Of a stretch of 48,209 nucleotides of DNA, positions 27,291 through 36,935 are shown one piece after another. The notes beneath the pieces are model-generated. The model searched no databases and had not been told where the DNA came from. It was given only the letters and a program-made list of their open reading frames with translations. The stretch's first letter is position 1. Each line of letters starts with the position of its first letter. The translations under genes were made by a program, and so were the position numbers. Origin of the DNA: a virus (lineage: Duplodnaviria > Caudoviricetes); IMG/VR virus record IMGVR_UViG_3300047672_000021, positions 1 through 48,209 of that record. The stretch is one strand, 5' to 3'.

Positions 27291-29191
27291 TCGTTAGGGA
27301 GCTCATCACACGGCTTGGCTATGAAGTTGATGAAGCTTCTTTCAAGGCTGCAGAGCGCCGCTACAACGAAGCGCAGGCCCGCATGGGTGGCAGCTCGAGC
27401 GGCAAGCCGCCGGGGCAAAAGGCGGAAGCCGCCGGCAAGGCGGCGACAGAAGCGCTCGACAAGACCAAAGAATCGGCGAGCGAGCTGGGCTTGTCGCTCG
27501 GCAAGATCGGCCAGGTGCTGCAGTCGCTGGGCTTGGGCGCGATGCTGCACCAGTTCGTGGAGCTTGCATCGAACGCGAACGAAACCACCAATGCGCTGGG
27601 CGAACTATTCGGGCCCGCCGGTCAATCCGATGTGATCTCATGGTCCAAAGACATGGCCGCGGCGATGGGCCGATCGGAGTTTGACCTGCAGTCGTACGCA
27701 TCGCGCTTGGGCTCGGTGCTTGGGCCGGTCACGAAGTCGCGGGAAGAGGCGACTAAAATGTCTGAGTCGCTGTCCGGGCTCGCAGTCGATTTGGCGTCGT
27801 TTTTCAACACCAGCGATGAGCAAGCCATGCTGGCGTTGCGCAGCGGGCTAACAGGCGAATATGAGTCTTTGAAGCGGTACGGCGTGGTGCTGAACGACTC
27901 GACCTTGCAGGAAATCGCACACGCGAAAGGGCTTAAGAAAAAGGTCACGCAAATGACTGTCGCGGAGAAAACGGAGCTCCGCTATCAAGCCATCATGGAG
28001 CGCACCAAAGCGTCGCAGGGCGACGCCGCTCGCACCGGCCAGGGCTTCGCGAACGCGTCTAAGGCTCTACGCGCGCAACTGCGAGACCTAGGCACCAACA
28101 TGGCGCAAACCATGATCCCGGCGCTTGAAAAGCTGGTGCGGTTTGGGCGCGATGCGATCACATGGTTCAACCAAATGGCGCGCGGCACGGAAGTACTACG
28201 CGCGGCTTTCGTCGTGCTAGGTACGGCGGCGCTGTGGCTCGGTCGCAGCATGTTCATGTCCATGGCGATCCCGCTCTTGTACGTGGGGCTGCTGATTTTG
28301 GCCGTGGATGAGCTGATCAACTTGTTTACCGGCGGGCGCACGGTCGTAGGCGACTTCTTAGACGAAACTTTCGGGCTCGGCACCACGGATGAGCTGGTTA
28401 CGTCGATCGCCGATGGTTTCGAGCGTATGACTACGGCGATCGCCCGATCGTGGGAAAAGTGGCAGACGACGTGGGCAACCATCGGCGACATGCAGGGCTT
28501 GTTTGACATCCTCACCGAGCGAATCACGGGCTTTGGCGAAGACATCGGCCTGATATTTGGCGACGTAGCGGCGAAGATCGACGATTGGCTGATGAAACCG
28601 ATCATCGATGCGCAGCATGCGTGGGCGCGGTGGATGAAAAAATTCGGTGTGGATTTGCCGGAGATGGAAGGCCGATCGTACGAACGCACCCGCACGCGCG
28701 GCTTGGACGCGGATGTGATGGGTTCCGGCGAGCTCCGCGGCTCGCGGCGTCGTGAGCGCGAATCAAACCGGCGTGGACGTGTCGCAGCGCGCGCAGAAGC
28801 GCACAAAAACTTCATCGAAGATGCGGCGCTAGCATCGCTGAATGATGATGAGCTCGGCATCGCCCACACGCCGGGCACTGCGTGGACGCTGCGACGCCGG
28901 GCGAAGTTGAAAGAAATCGCCGCAGCTCGTGCGAAAGAATCCGCAGCGGACGCGCTACAGTCGCAGGATCCCACGCTGTCAGGCGCACCCATGTCGATCC
29001 CGGCGGGCCCGATGTCGTCGCTAGATGCGGGCGAAAGCGCCATGACTTCGCAGGCGCCGGTGCAAATGGGCGACACGACGATCAACGTCACCACCAACGA
29101 TCCGGCGGTGATGGCGCGTGTTGCCCAGCAGGTCGTAGACGCCAACAACAAAAAACTGGCTGCGGCGCTACCACGCCGTGGCGGGATGTGA
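27287..29191 (+). CDS. Tape measure protein
   Basis: MIVRELITRLG, LAVDLASFFN...ALRSGLTGEYESLKRYG, hydrophobic central segment. Confidence 0.9.
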   Translation: MIVRELITRLGYEVDEASFKAAERRYNEAQARMGGSSSGKPPGQKAEAAGKAATEALDKTKESASELGLSLGKIGQVLQSLGLGAMLHQFVELASNANETTNALGELFGPAGQSDVISWSKDMAAAMGRSEFDLQSYASRLGSVLGPVTKSREEATKMSESLSGLAVDLASFFNTSDEQAMLALRSGLTGEYESLKRYGVVLNDSTLQEIAHAKGLKKKVTQMTVAEKTELRYQAIMERTKASQGDAARTGQGFANASKALRAQLRDLGTNMAQTMIPALEKLVRFGRDAITWFNQMARGTEVLRAAFVVLGTAALWLGRSMFMSMAIPLLYVGLLILAVDELINLFTGGRTVVGDFLDETFGLGTTDELVTSIADGFERMTTAIARSWEKWQTTWATIGDMQGLFDILTERITGFGEDIGLIFGDVAAKIDDWLMKPIIDAQHAWARWMKKFGVDLPEMEGRSYERTRTRGLDADVMGSGELRGSRRRERESNRRGRVAARAEAHKNFIEDAALASLNDDELGIAHTPGTAWTLRRRAKLKEIAAARAKESAADALQSQDPTLSGAPMSIPAGPMSSLDAGESAMTSQAPVQMGDTTINVTTNDPAVMARVAQQVVDANNKKLAAALPRRGGM

Positions 29192-29197
29192 TGCGCG

Positions 29198-30079
29198 ATG
29201 CCTACGCATGTAGAGCTCGGCACCGTGTGGATCGATGTGTCGGTGAGCGAAACGCACTCACTCAGCGCAGAGGTATCAGAGCATCCCGTCGAATCCGGCA
29301 CCGATGTGACCGACAACATCAGGCCCACGCCGCGCACGATACGCGTGGAAGGTTTGGTTACGAACTACCCGATCGAGGAACCGCTATCGCACATCGGTAC
29401 GGCTCGAGCGTCGCGCGCTGGGTACCAAATCAATGCCGCGCCTAATACGCTGCCGCGCGTCCCGCCTAACAGCATCGAAATCGAGGGCGAGCCGACCACG
29501 TACGGGTTGAACCGCGCACCGGGCTTTGGCCAGGCCCTGGCGCTCGCGAGCGGCATCACGGGCGCACTTGGGCTGCCGCGCCAGCTACCGCGCCGCAAAT
29601 ATGCTGCGGAGCAAAACAACCTGGACCGCTCCGCGTCCCGGGGTTGGCAGGTATCCGCTTTGACGTTTACGGAGGATTTTGATCGGGTGCGGGCCGTGTA
29701 CGACGCGCTGTGTCAGATCGTCGACGCCGCCCAACCCGTGCAGCTGGTGACGGGCTTGGAAGTGTACGACACGGTGGCCTTGTCTGATTTGTCTTTCGAG
29801 CGCTCCGGAGACATCGGCCGCAATACGCTCAAGTTTTCCGCGAGCTGCAAAGTCATGCGGACGGTCGCCGCGCAATCGGTGCCGGTGCCTGCCGAGCAGC
29901 GCGGCAAGCCGGGCGTGTCGCGAGGCAAGCAAACGACGACAGTCACGCCGCCGGCCACGCTGTCAGACGCTGCCAAGGCGCAGTTGCGGGCGTCGCTGAT
30001 CGAAAAGGCGAAGCTGCTAGGGCCGGATGCGTTTGCGGGCTTGCTCGGTAGCATAGGCTTTGGCGGCGGCGGTGGGTGA
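29198..30079 (+). CDS. Baseplate / tail-tube initiator protein
   Basis: SETH...EHPVESG.DVTDN...P motif; follows TMP. Confidence 0.75.
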   Translation: MPTHVELGTVWIDVSVSETHSLSAEVSEHPVESGTDVTDNIRPTPRTIRVEGLVTNYPIEEPLSHIGTARASRAGYQINAAPNTLPRVPPNSIEIEGEPTTYGLNRAPGFGQALALASGITGALGLPRQLPRRKYAAEQNNLDRSASRGWQVSALTFTEDFDRVRAVYDALCQIVDAAQPVQLVTGLEVYDTVALSDLSFERSGDIGRNTLKFSASCKVMRTVAAQSVPVPAEQRGKPGVSRGKQTTTVTPPATLSDAAKAQLRASLIEKAKLLGPDAFAGLLGSIGFGGGGG

Positions 30080-30083
30080 CACC

Positions 30084-30410
30084 ATGGCTTTACAGCGAAT
30101 CAACACGACATCGCATCCGCTCACGACGCAGCAGTCAGATCTGGACGGTGTAACGTATGCATTTCGCTTCCGGTGGTCCGACCGCTCGAGCACGTGGCAC
30201 ATGGATTTGCGCACGCTGGACGATGATCCGATCGCGCTATCGGTCGCGCTGGTGCCGGCCTGGCCGCTCTTGCGCCGCGTGGTGTCGGCCATACGGCCGC
30301 CGGGTGAGCTGGTGCTAATCGACATGTCCGGGCCCGCCGACAACCCTACGCGTGAGGGTTTCGGCGATCGTTGGGTCTTGTACTACGTCGAAAGCCCGGT
30401 GCTGCGGTGA
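30084..30410 (+). CDS. Baseplate plug-like protein
   Basis: LDGVTYAFRFRW...W.MDL...LYY; synteny. Confidence 0.7.
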   Translation: MALQRINTTSHPLTTQQSDLDGVTYAFRFRWSDRSSTWHMDLRTLDDDPIALSVALVPAWPLLRRVVSAIRPPGELVLIDMSGPADNPTREGFGDRWVLYYVESPVLR

Positions 30411-31243
30411 GTCAACTTTTCGGCCGCGCGATCACGGTGCAGGTGGACACGCTGCAGCTGGACGGCTTTGCGCTGGCGTTCGACATCACCAAGTCACTGT
30501 CGGCCAAGACGCCCAACGCCTGCGAGCTCAAGGTGTATAATTTATCGACCACGCACCGGAAGCACCTGCAAGAGCTCGAGCGGGTGTATGTGTCGATTTC
30601 CGCAGGCTATCAAGATGGGACGTCGCTGCTTTTTCGCGGCGATTTGCGGGACGTCACATCGTCACGTCAAGGTCCCACGTGGGTCACTACGATCACGTCC
30701 GATTCGGGTCGCCGCGCGCGCAAAGCCCGCATCGTGAAGTCATTCGCGCCAGGCTCGACAGTGGGTGACGTTCTAAATACGGCCGCCAAAGCGATGGGCG
30801 TGCGACTTGGCAACTCGGCACAACGCATCGTCAACGCCCAGATCTCCGGCACCCAAGCGACGACGTTTTTCAACGGTTACGCGCTGGCCGGGGCTATCGA
30901 ATCGGAGATCGATCGGCTCGCTCGAAGCTGCGGGCTCGAGTGGTCGGTACAAGATGATGAGCTGCTTTTTCTGCCGTACGGCGCACCGCTGTCGCAGCTG
31001 GCGATCAAACTCACGCCCGAAACGGGTTTGATCGGTAGTCCGGAGCCCGGCAACAAGGGGCTGTGCGACGTGCGGTGTTTGATCTTGCCGGATGTGTATC
31101 CCGGGCGCCGCGTGCAAGTGGAGTCGGAGCACGTGTCCGGTATGTATCGCATCGAAACCTCGAAGCACACGGGCTCTACTTTCGGCAAAGACTGGTACAT
31201 AGATCTGCAACTCAAGTCTGAGCAGCGAAAGGCGTCAACGTGA
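30407..31243 (+). CDS. Baseplate hub protein
   Basis: PNACELKVYNLS, ISAGY, LLFRGD, WSVQD, TGLIGSP. Confidence 0.8.
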   Translation: MSQLFGRAITVQVDTLQLDGFALAFDITKSLSAKTPNACELKVYNLSTTHRKHLQELERVYVSISAGYQDGTSLLFRGDLRDVTSSRQGPTWVTTITSDSGRRARKARIVKSFAPGSTVGDVLNTAAKAMGVRLGNSAQRIVNAQISGTQATTFFNGYALAGAIESEIDRLARSCGLEWSVQDDELLFLPYGAPLSQLAIKLTPETGLIGSPEPGNKGLCDVRCLILPDVYPGRRVQVESEHVSGMYRIETSKHTGSTFGKDWYIDLQLKSEQRKAST

Positions 31244-31995
31244 CGGTATTGCCCTCCGGCCTAGACGTGCAGGACCTGTTTTTACAGCAGGCGCTATCCG
31301 ATTTGCACACGTGCATGCCGGCGGAGATCGTTGCGGTGCGTGATGGCGGTGCGGACAAGCGGCAATTTGTGGACGTCCAGCCGATGCTGCAGCGCGTGAT
31401 CATCGACGAAAACGGCGAGCAACAGAACGAATCGCTACCCGTCGTGCAAATGGTGCCCGTCGCATACATGCAGGGCGGCGGGTTTTTCATTTCGATGCCG
31501 CTCGCAGTCGGTGACACCGTGCTGCTGGTGTTCGCGGAGCGGTCGCTCGACACGTGGATCCAAAACGCCCAGCGCGCATCGCGGCAGCCCGTGATGCCGG
31601 GCGACCTGTCTATGCACTCGCTAGAAGGTGCCATTGCCATGCCGTGCGGGCCCGCTCCGCGGTCGGCGCTGCTCACGGGCGTGGATGCTGCGGATTTGGT
31701 CGTGGCGACCGCCACGGGCACCGTGTTGGCGCGCTTCAAGGCTAACGGCCAGGTGTCGATCGCAGAGGGTACGCAGTTCGTGGCGCTCGCGAATCTGGTG
31801 GCCACGGAGCTCGATCGCATCAAGGGCGACATAAACTCCCTAAAATCGGCCGTGTCAGAGGGTTTCAAGGCGGGCGGCGCGTCGGGCCCTGGCTTCGCCG
31901 GTGGTGCGGTGATGGATACTGCTTTTCAGGCGCTAGTAGTTGGGGTGCCCAGCTCGCCTGCAAGCGTTGCAGCCACCAAGACGAAAGCGACCTAA
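31240..31995 (+). CDS. Baseplate spike (Gp138-like N-terminal domain)
   Basis: LHTCMPA.IV, VDVQP, GGGFFISMP..GD..LLVFAERSLD.W, H.L. Confidence 0.8.
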   Translation: MTVLPSGLDVQDLFLQQALSDLHTCMPAEIVAVRDGGADKRQFVDVQPMLQRVIIDENGEQQNESLPVVQMVPVAYMQGGGFFISMPLAVGDTVLLVFAERSLDTWIQNAQRASRQPVMPGDLSMHSLEGAIAMPCGPAPRSALLTGVDAADLVVATATGTVLARFKANGQVSIAEGTQFVALANLVATELDRIKGDINSLKSAVSEGFKAGGASGPGFAGGAVMDTAFQALVVGVPSSPASVAATKTKAT

Positions 31996-31999
31996 CACC

Positions 32000-33289
32000 A
32001 TGCCAAAACCCAGCAAGCTCCCGACATGGGCCACCGGCGCCGCTTCGATACTCGAGCCCAGCGACGGCAAAAAAGCGCAGGGCTGGGTGCCGGGCGAGCA
32101 GCCGCCTGCGTCGTTTTTCAACTACTGGCAGAACCTCGTGCACTTGTGGACCACGTGGTTTGACACGACTGTCGATTCCCACACGACGACGCTAGGCACG
32201 CACACGACGCAGATCGCAGCGCTGACGACGCGCGCGGATACGACAGATAACAAGCTTTACCGCGAGCAAGTGCGCGCGGAGATCTTCGCGCTCTGCAACC
32301 TGCATAAAGGCGCGATCCCGCCGGGGACTGCGCAGTTAGGTCAGGCAGCGGCCGATCCTCTAACTGGGCGGCTGATCGTTGTTCTGGGCGGCGCAAGTAC
32401 AGCGACGTCGGTAAACCCTGACGTGTTGGCGTCTCTTGCATGGGGCCTAGCCGTAGCGGTGAACATTCAGCGCGTGCTGTGGGTGCCGCAATCGTCGCGA
32501 TTTATCGGTTTCGGCGTGGCGTCAACGCTGCGCTGGACGGCGGATGGCGCGGCATGGTCGACTATCACGCCCAGTGGTTCCGGTGTGTATGGTCAAGGGA
32601 TGATCGCGAACAATGGTTCGGGCGTGCTCGTGCAGTTAGAAGCTCGCGATCTCAATCGAAGCACAGACGGGGGCGTTACCTGGACGCTAACCACTAACGC
32701 TTTGCCCGTTGTCATGTCGGGGGCGATTGCATACGGCGCGGGTTTGTTCGTCGCCCCTAATGGGGGAGTCAGCAACGGTGACGTGTATACGTCACCGGAT
32801 GGAGTGACGTGGACGGTGCGCCCGTTGCCTGCAGCGACGGTGCGGCATGGCATCATGCCGAATATCGCTTATCTGTTAGGCGTTGGTTTCGTGATGCTCA
32901 ATTGGGAATCGGCGACCACGGCCAAAATCTATCAGTCACAGGACGGCATCACCTGGGCACGCACCTTGGATTTAGGGGCAGACATCCCTAACACAGGCAA
33001 CGCGATGTTAGTTACAGAGTCGGCCATATATCAAACGATGGGGTCTGCTAATTTCACCGCGTCAACGTTTGCGCCCGATCTGGCTTTTCTAAAAGACGGC
33101 TCGATTGTTCGTTTCAAAATGACGAGCGTTCCGGGCGGAACGCCATTGCCGGGCGGGGCGGGGACCTTTGGCAATATTAGTTATGTGCGCAGACGCGATC
33201 AGAAATTGTTTATAGCCAGTGGTTGGAACGGTGGGGGGACATCGCCCGGAGAAATCTGGGCGGCAAGCATAGGAACGGTGCTGACGTGA
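32000..33289 (+). CDS. Tail fibre/spike with Asp-box (SxDGxTW) propeller-like domain
   Basis: N-terminal WATG...EP...GWVPGEQPPASFFNYWQN; repeats TADGAAW, STDGGVTW, SPDGVTW, SQDGITW. Confidence 0.75.
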   Translation: MPKPSKLPTWATGAASILEPSDGKKAQGWVPGEQPPASFFNYWQNLVHLWTTWFDTTVDSHTTTLGTHTTQIAALTTRADTTDNKLYREQVRAEIFALCNLHKGAIPPGTAQLGQAAADPLTGRLIVVLGGASTATSVNPDVLASLAWGLAVAVNIQRVLWVPQSSRFIGFGVASTLRWTADGAAWSTITPSGSGVYGQGMIANNGSGVLVQLEARDLNRSTDGGVTWTLTTNALPVVMSGAIAYGAGLFVAPNGGVSNGDVYTSPDGVTWTVRPLPAATVRHGIMPNIAYLLGVGFVMLNWESATTAKIYQSQDGITWARTLDLGADIPNTGNAMLVTESAIYQTMGSANFTASTFAPDLAFLKDGSIVRFKMTSVPGGTPLPGGAGTFGNISYVRRRDQKLFIASGWNGGGTSPGEIWAASIGTVLT

Positions 33290-33663
33290 GCGACCTAGCG
33301 ATCAGCACCGTGGACGATGATTTGCTGCTAGTCGCAGGCGCCGCCCAGCTTGTGACCGGTGCTGATGCCGTGGCGCAAGCGTGGATCACGCACATGACGA
33401 TGTTTTTGGGCGAGTGCTTCCGGGATCTGTCGCTCGGTATCGACTATCAGAATTTGATCCTCATAAAAAACCCGTCCAAAACCGTGATGCGTGGGCTATT
33501 CGCCAAGGCGTCGCGTGAGACGCCGGGCGTGCAGGATGTGACCGATCTGCGGTTTGCTTTCGACGCGCGGTCACGCGTGCTCACAGTGATCGCGAGCGTC
33601 ACGTATGTGGAGGGCGGCACCGCGACGTTGCAGCTCAACGAAACGATCGGAGGCTCGCCATGA
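33286..33663 (+). CDS. Baseplate wedge / sheath initiator (gp25-like)
   Basis: AVAQ...FLGECFRD..LGIDY...TPGV..V; precedes baseplate J. Confidence 0.75.
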   Translation: MSDLAISTVDDDLLLVAGAAQLVTGADAVAQAWITHMTMFLGECFRDLSLGIDYQNLILIKNPSKTVMRGLFAKASRETPGVQDVTDLRFAFDARSRVLTVIASVTYVEGGTATLQLNETIGGSP

Positions 33664-34865
33664 CTGTCTACGGGCTTACGGATGCGGGTTTCGTCGCTAA
33701 GACGCTAGAGGATGTCGAAGCGGGTTTCGTAGCCCAGCAGCGCGCCAATATCGATCCCGGAATCGATACGTCGCAGTTCGGGCTGATAGGCCAGCTCAAC
33801 GGCATCATGGCCAGCGAAATCGCAGAGCTATGGGAGCTCGGTGAAGCGCTTTACGACGCGATGGATCCCGACAAAGCCACCGGGCAGGCGCAAGACGCTC
33901 TATATTCGCTCACCAACTCGCTCCGCGAAGACGCCACGGTGTCGCGTGTCGTGTGCACGGTGGTGCTGGCGCCGTCGACGTCGATCCCGGCGCTGACAGC
34001 CGTTGCGAGCGTGCTAGGCAATGGCGCCGCGCGGTTTACGAATAGCGTCGCGATGGCCAATGCCACGGGCTCGCCTGTGACGTTGCAGGTCCCCTTCGAA
34101 GCGATGGCCACGGGCCCGACGATTGCCAACGCCGGCACGCTCACGCAGCGCGATACGCTGATCACGGGTTGGACATCAGTCACCAACGCGTTAGATGCGG
34201 AGCTCGGGAGCGACATCGAATCCGATGCCGCGTATCGCCAGCGCCGCACGGATGAGCTCGCAGCGCAAGGCGGCGGTACGGTCGCAGGCATTCGCGCTGA
34301 TCTTTTGGGGCTGTCCACGGTGCTGGCCGCATCGGTGATCGAAAACACTAGCGACACGGTCTCCGCGGATGGGCTGCCGCCGCATTCATTCGAAGCCGTG
34401 GTGCGGTCGGAGATCGGCGCCACCGACGACGACAACATTGCAACGCTGATTTGGATCAACAAGCCCGCCGGGATCTTGGCGTACGGGCAAATCAGCGTAC
34501 CGGTGGTCGATTCGGAAGGTGTCACGCATACGATCGGTTTTTCCCGGCCCACCGAGCTGCCGATATACGTCGCGCTGCGGATCACAACGGTCGCCGCGGA
34601 TTACGTGGGCGATACGGCGCTAAAAGACGCGATCGCGGCGGCGGCGGAAACGCCGGGCTCGCCTGGATATTTGGACGTGGGCGACGCCGTATACGCGGGC
34701 CAGTTCGTGACCGTAGCCATGCAGCAAGCCGGCGTGAAAAACGCTGAGTGTCGTGTGTCGACTGTCAATTCAAACTATGCCACCGGTGTGCCGGCAGTGA
34801 CTACCACGCAGCGCCAGGTGGGCACGGTCGACACCACGCGAATATCAGTGGTGCCGATTCCATGA
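33660..34865 (+). CDS. Baseplate J-like (gp47) protein
   Basis: YGLTDAGF, ATGQAQD, ESDAAYRQR, GLPPHSFE, KPAGI, FSRP. Confidence 0.88.
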   Translation: MTVYGLTDAGFVAKTLEDVEAGFVAQQRANIDPGIDTSQFGLIGQLNGIMASEIAELWELGEALYDAMDPDKATGQAQDALYSLTNSLREDATVSRVVCTVVLAPSTSIPALTAVASVLGNGAARFTNSVAMANATGSPVTLQVPFEAMATGPTIANAGTLTQRDTLITGWTSVTNALDAELGSDIESDAAYRQRRTDELAAQGGGTVAGIRADLLGLSTVLAASVIENTSDTVSADGLPPHSFEAVVRSEIGATDDDNIATLIWINKPAGILAYGQISVPVVDSEGVTHTIGFSRPTELPIYVALRITTVAADYVGDTALKDAIAAAAETPGSPGYLDVGDAVYAGQFVTVAMQQAGVKNAECRVSTVNSNYATGVPAVTTTQRQVGTVDTTRISVVPIP

Positions 34866-35521
34866 CTTTGGCCTACCGAGCCGACCACGTGTCACGGGCT
34901 GTAGCGCGGCTGATCGAGCGCTACCGGCAGCCGCGCACGTCTGCGCTGCTGGCGTCGTGGGTTGCCGAGCTGCAAGCCGTGGAGGATGCGTACTGGCAGC
35001 TATACACCGAGCGGCACCTGGCGACGGCGAGCGGTGCCACGCTTGACTTGCTCGGTGACATCGTGGGGCAACCACGGGACGGGCGCGACGACGCCACATA
35101 TCGGCTGTGGATTTCCGCGCGCGTGCTCGTGCAGCGATCATCGGGCACCACCGAGCAAATAATCGCCATCGCTGACAAGTTGGCCGGCGGCAATACCGTT
35201 GTATTGCGCGAGTACTATCCGGCGTCTTTCGTGCTCGACATGGGCGCGCTTGACTCACACACCGGCCTGCAGATTGCCCAGCTGATCGTGCCCGCGAAAG
35301 CCGCGGGCGTGCGGTTCATGGCCACGTGGTCGAACGTCGCTTGGCCGGCGGTATTTACTTTTGCGCCTGCGGATGTGCCGATCGCAGCATCGCCCAAGGG
35401 CTTCGACGCCGGGCGTTGGGCGTTCGTGTCCGATGGCGATTCCGTCGTGGCGATCGAGTCGTTTACGTTCAACGGGTCGGGCCCGGATTTCGGCTTCGAC
35501 CGTTCCTTACTAGGAGGGTGA
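34862..35521 (+). CDS. Baseplate wedge protein (DUF2612-like)
   Basis: ASGATLDLLGDIVGQPR...DDATYRLWI.AR...SSGT; AAGV. Confidence 0.8.
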   Translation: MTLAYRADHVSRAVARLIERYRQPRTSALLASWVAELQAVEDAYWQLYTERHLATASGATLDLLGDIVGQPRDGRDDATYRLWISARVLVQRSSGTTEQIIAIADKLAGGNTVVLREYYPASFVLDMGALDSHTGLQIAQLIVPAKAAGVRFMATWSNVAWPAVFTFAPADVPIAASPKGFDAGRWAFVSDGDSVVAIESFTFNGSGPDFGFDRSLLGG

Positions 35522-35525
35522 CACA

Positions 35526-36923
35526 ATGGCGGCTAGACCCACGAAATTACCGCGCTGGGCAACCGGTGGCACTGCTGTGATCGCGGAACCGTTAGAGTCA
35601 GAAAAGGATGTCGGGCACATCCCGCAAACGATCCTCACCGCCCAGCTCGCCAATTGGTTGCAGAACCTGGTGTATCAGTGGCTCGATTATTTGGACGGCG
35701 ATCGCGCGGCACTCACGACGACGACGACTCCCGGACAGGTCACGGCCACCGCAGTTGCGGCGATCGGTACGGACACCAAAGCCGCGCACGCCGATCACGT
35801 GCACGCGCTGCCTACGGCGGCGCCCAACGCCCTGGCGATCGGCAGCGCCCAAGCGATAGGCACGTCTGCGTCGGTCGCCCGAGCGGACCACGTGCACGGG
35901 ATGCCGAGCGGCGGCACGCCCGGCAGCGTGACGCCCGGTGCTACCGCCGCTAGCGGATCATCGGCGCTATTCGCGCGGTCGGATCACACACACGGAATTG
36001 CGGCATTCGGCATCGCCGCCGGCACGTTCTGCGAAGGCAACGACGCAAGACTACTTGTGAACCCGGCGGTCAACGGTTTCCGACTTGCGCCGACGACGGA
36101 TGACAGCATCCCGGCGGATGGCGCTTTCACGGCTGTCAATCTCGCACCAGTCGCCGGCGACCTCATTGCTCTGTACACCGGCTCGGCCTGGGTGCTACGT
36201 GCGGCGTCTGGCGTCTCCTATACGCTCGCTGGGCACACCGCCGGCATACCGTTCGACATGTTTGCTGCGTGGAACGGAACGACGGTTGTACTAGAGGCAG
36301 TCAACTGGACATCAGCAACATCCCGCACGCCCGCAGTCGCGCTCGCAAAACAGAACGGCGTGTGGTGCAAATCCGGAGACACGACGCGCCGCTACCTCGG
36401 CACGGTGAGGCCTCGCAGCGCAACAACCTATCGCGTGCAACGGTTCAACGCTGTCAGCACCGGCTCCGTCGGAATCGACTACTTCAACGAAAACCTGCGG
36501 AAGCAGACGGCTATCCAACTTACGGACACCGTCGCAAATCAGGCTTATTCAACGGCTACCTGGCGACAGTGGGCAGCAAGCGCCAACGCGCAGATAGACA
36601 CGGTTGCGGGCTTGCCCGGCGATCCCGTTTCGATAACTGCGATGGCATCGGCGAACACATCCAACACGACCACGACAATTTCGTTTCCGCTGATAGGTAT
36701 CGGCGTCAACAACGCAACGCCTGTGGGCGCGCGCACCATGGAAGGCATCTCCCGCATAGCCTCGGCGCCGTTTGATATGTCCACCATCTCGGCTGCCGTC
36801 GCAGTCAACTCGACGCTTGGGGTAACCGCGTATTGGTGGCTGCAGTATGGCTCCGGCAACGTCGAGTTCTTCGGAATCAACGGCCCGGCTCAGTCCGGGA
36901 TGATGGCGCTGGTTTCCTATTAG
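35526..36923 (+). CDS. Tail fibre protein with DH(V/T)H repeats
   Basis: AGGAGG RBS; N-terminus paralogous to the 32000 ORF; AHADHVH, ARADHVH, ARSDHTH; RRYLGTVR. Confidence 0.8.
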   Translation: MAARPTKLPRWATGGTAVIAEPLESEKDVGHIPQTILTAQLANWLQNLVYQWLDYLDGDRAALTTTTTPGQVTATAVAAIGTDTKAAHADHVHALPTAAPNALAIGSAQAIGTSASVARADHVHGMPSGGTPGSVTPGATAASGSSALFARSDHTHGIAAFGIAAGTFCEGNDARLLVNPAVNGFRLAPTTDDSIPADGAFTAVNLAPVAGDLIALYTGSAWVLRAASGVSYTLAGHTAGIPFDMFAAWNGTTVVLEAVNWTSATSRTPAVALAKQNGVWCKSGDTTRRYLGTVRPRSATTYRVQRFNAVSTGSVGIDYFNENLRKQTAIQLTDTVANQAYSTATWRQWAASANAQIDTVAGLPGDPVSITAMASANTSNTTTTISFPLIGIGVNNATPVGARTMEGISRIASAPFDMSTISAAVAVNSTLGVTAYWWLQYGSGNVEFFGINGPAQSGMMALVSY

Positions 36924-36935
36924 GGCGGTGCAGCG

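Noticed and set aside
27985-29337. Long antisense ORFs (e.g. 27985-29337, 4031-5044, 19710-20483, 33851-34585)
   Set aside because: Shadow ORFs opposite well-supported genes, as expected in GC-rich DNA; no motifs.
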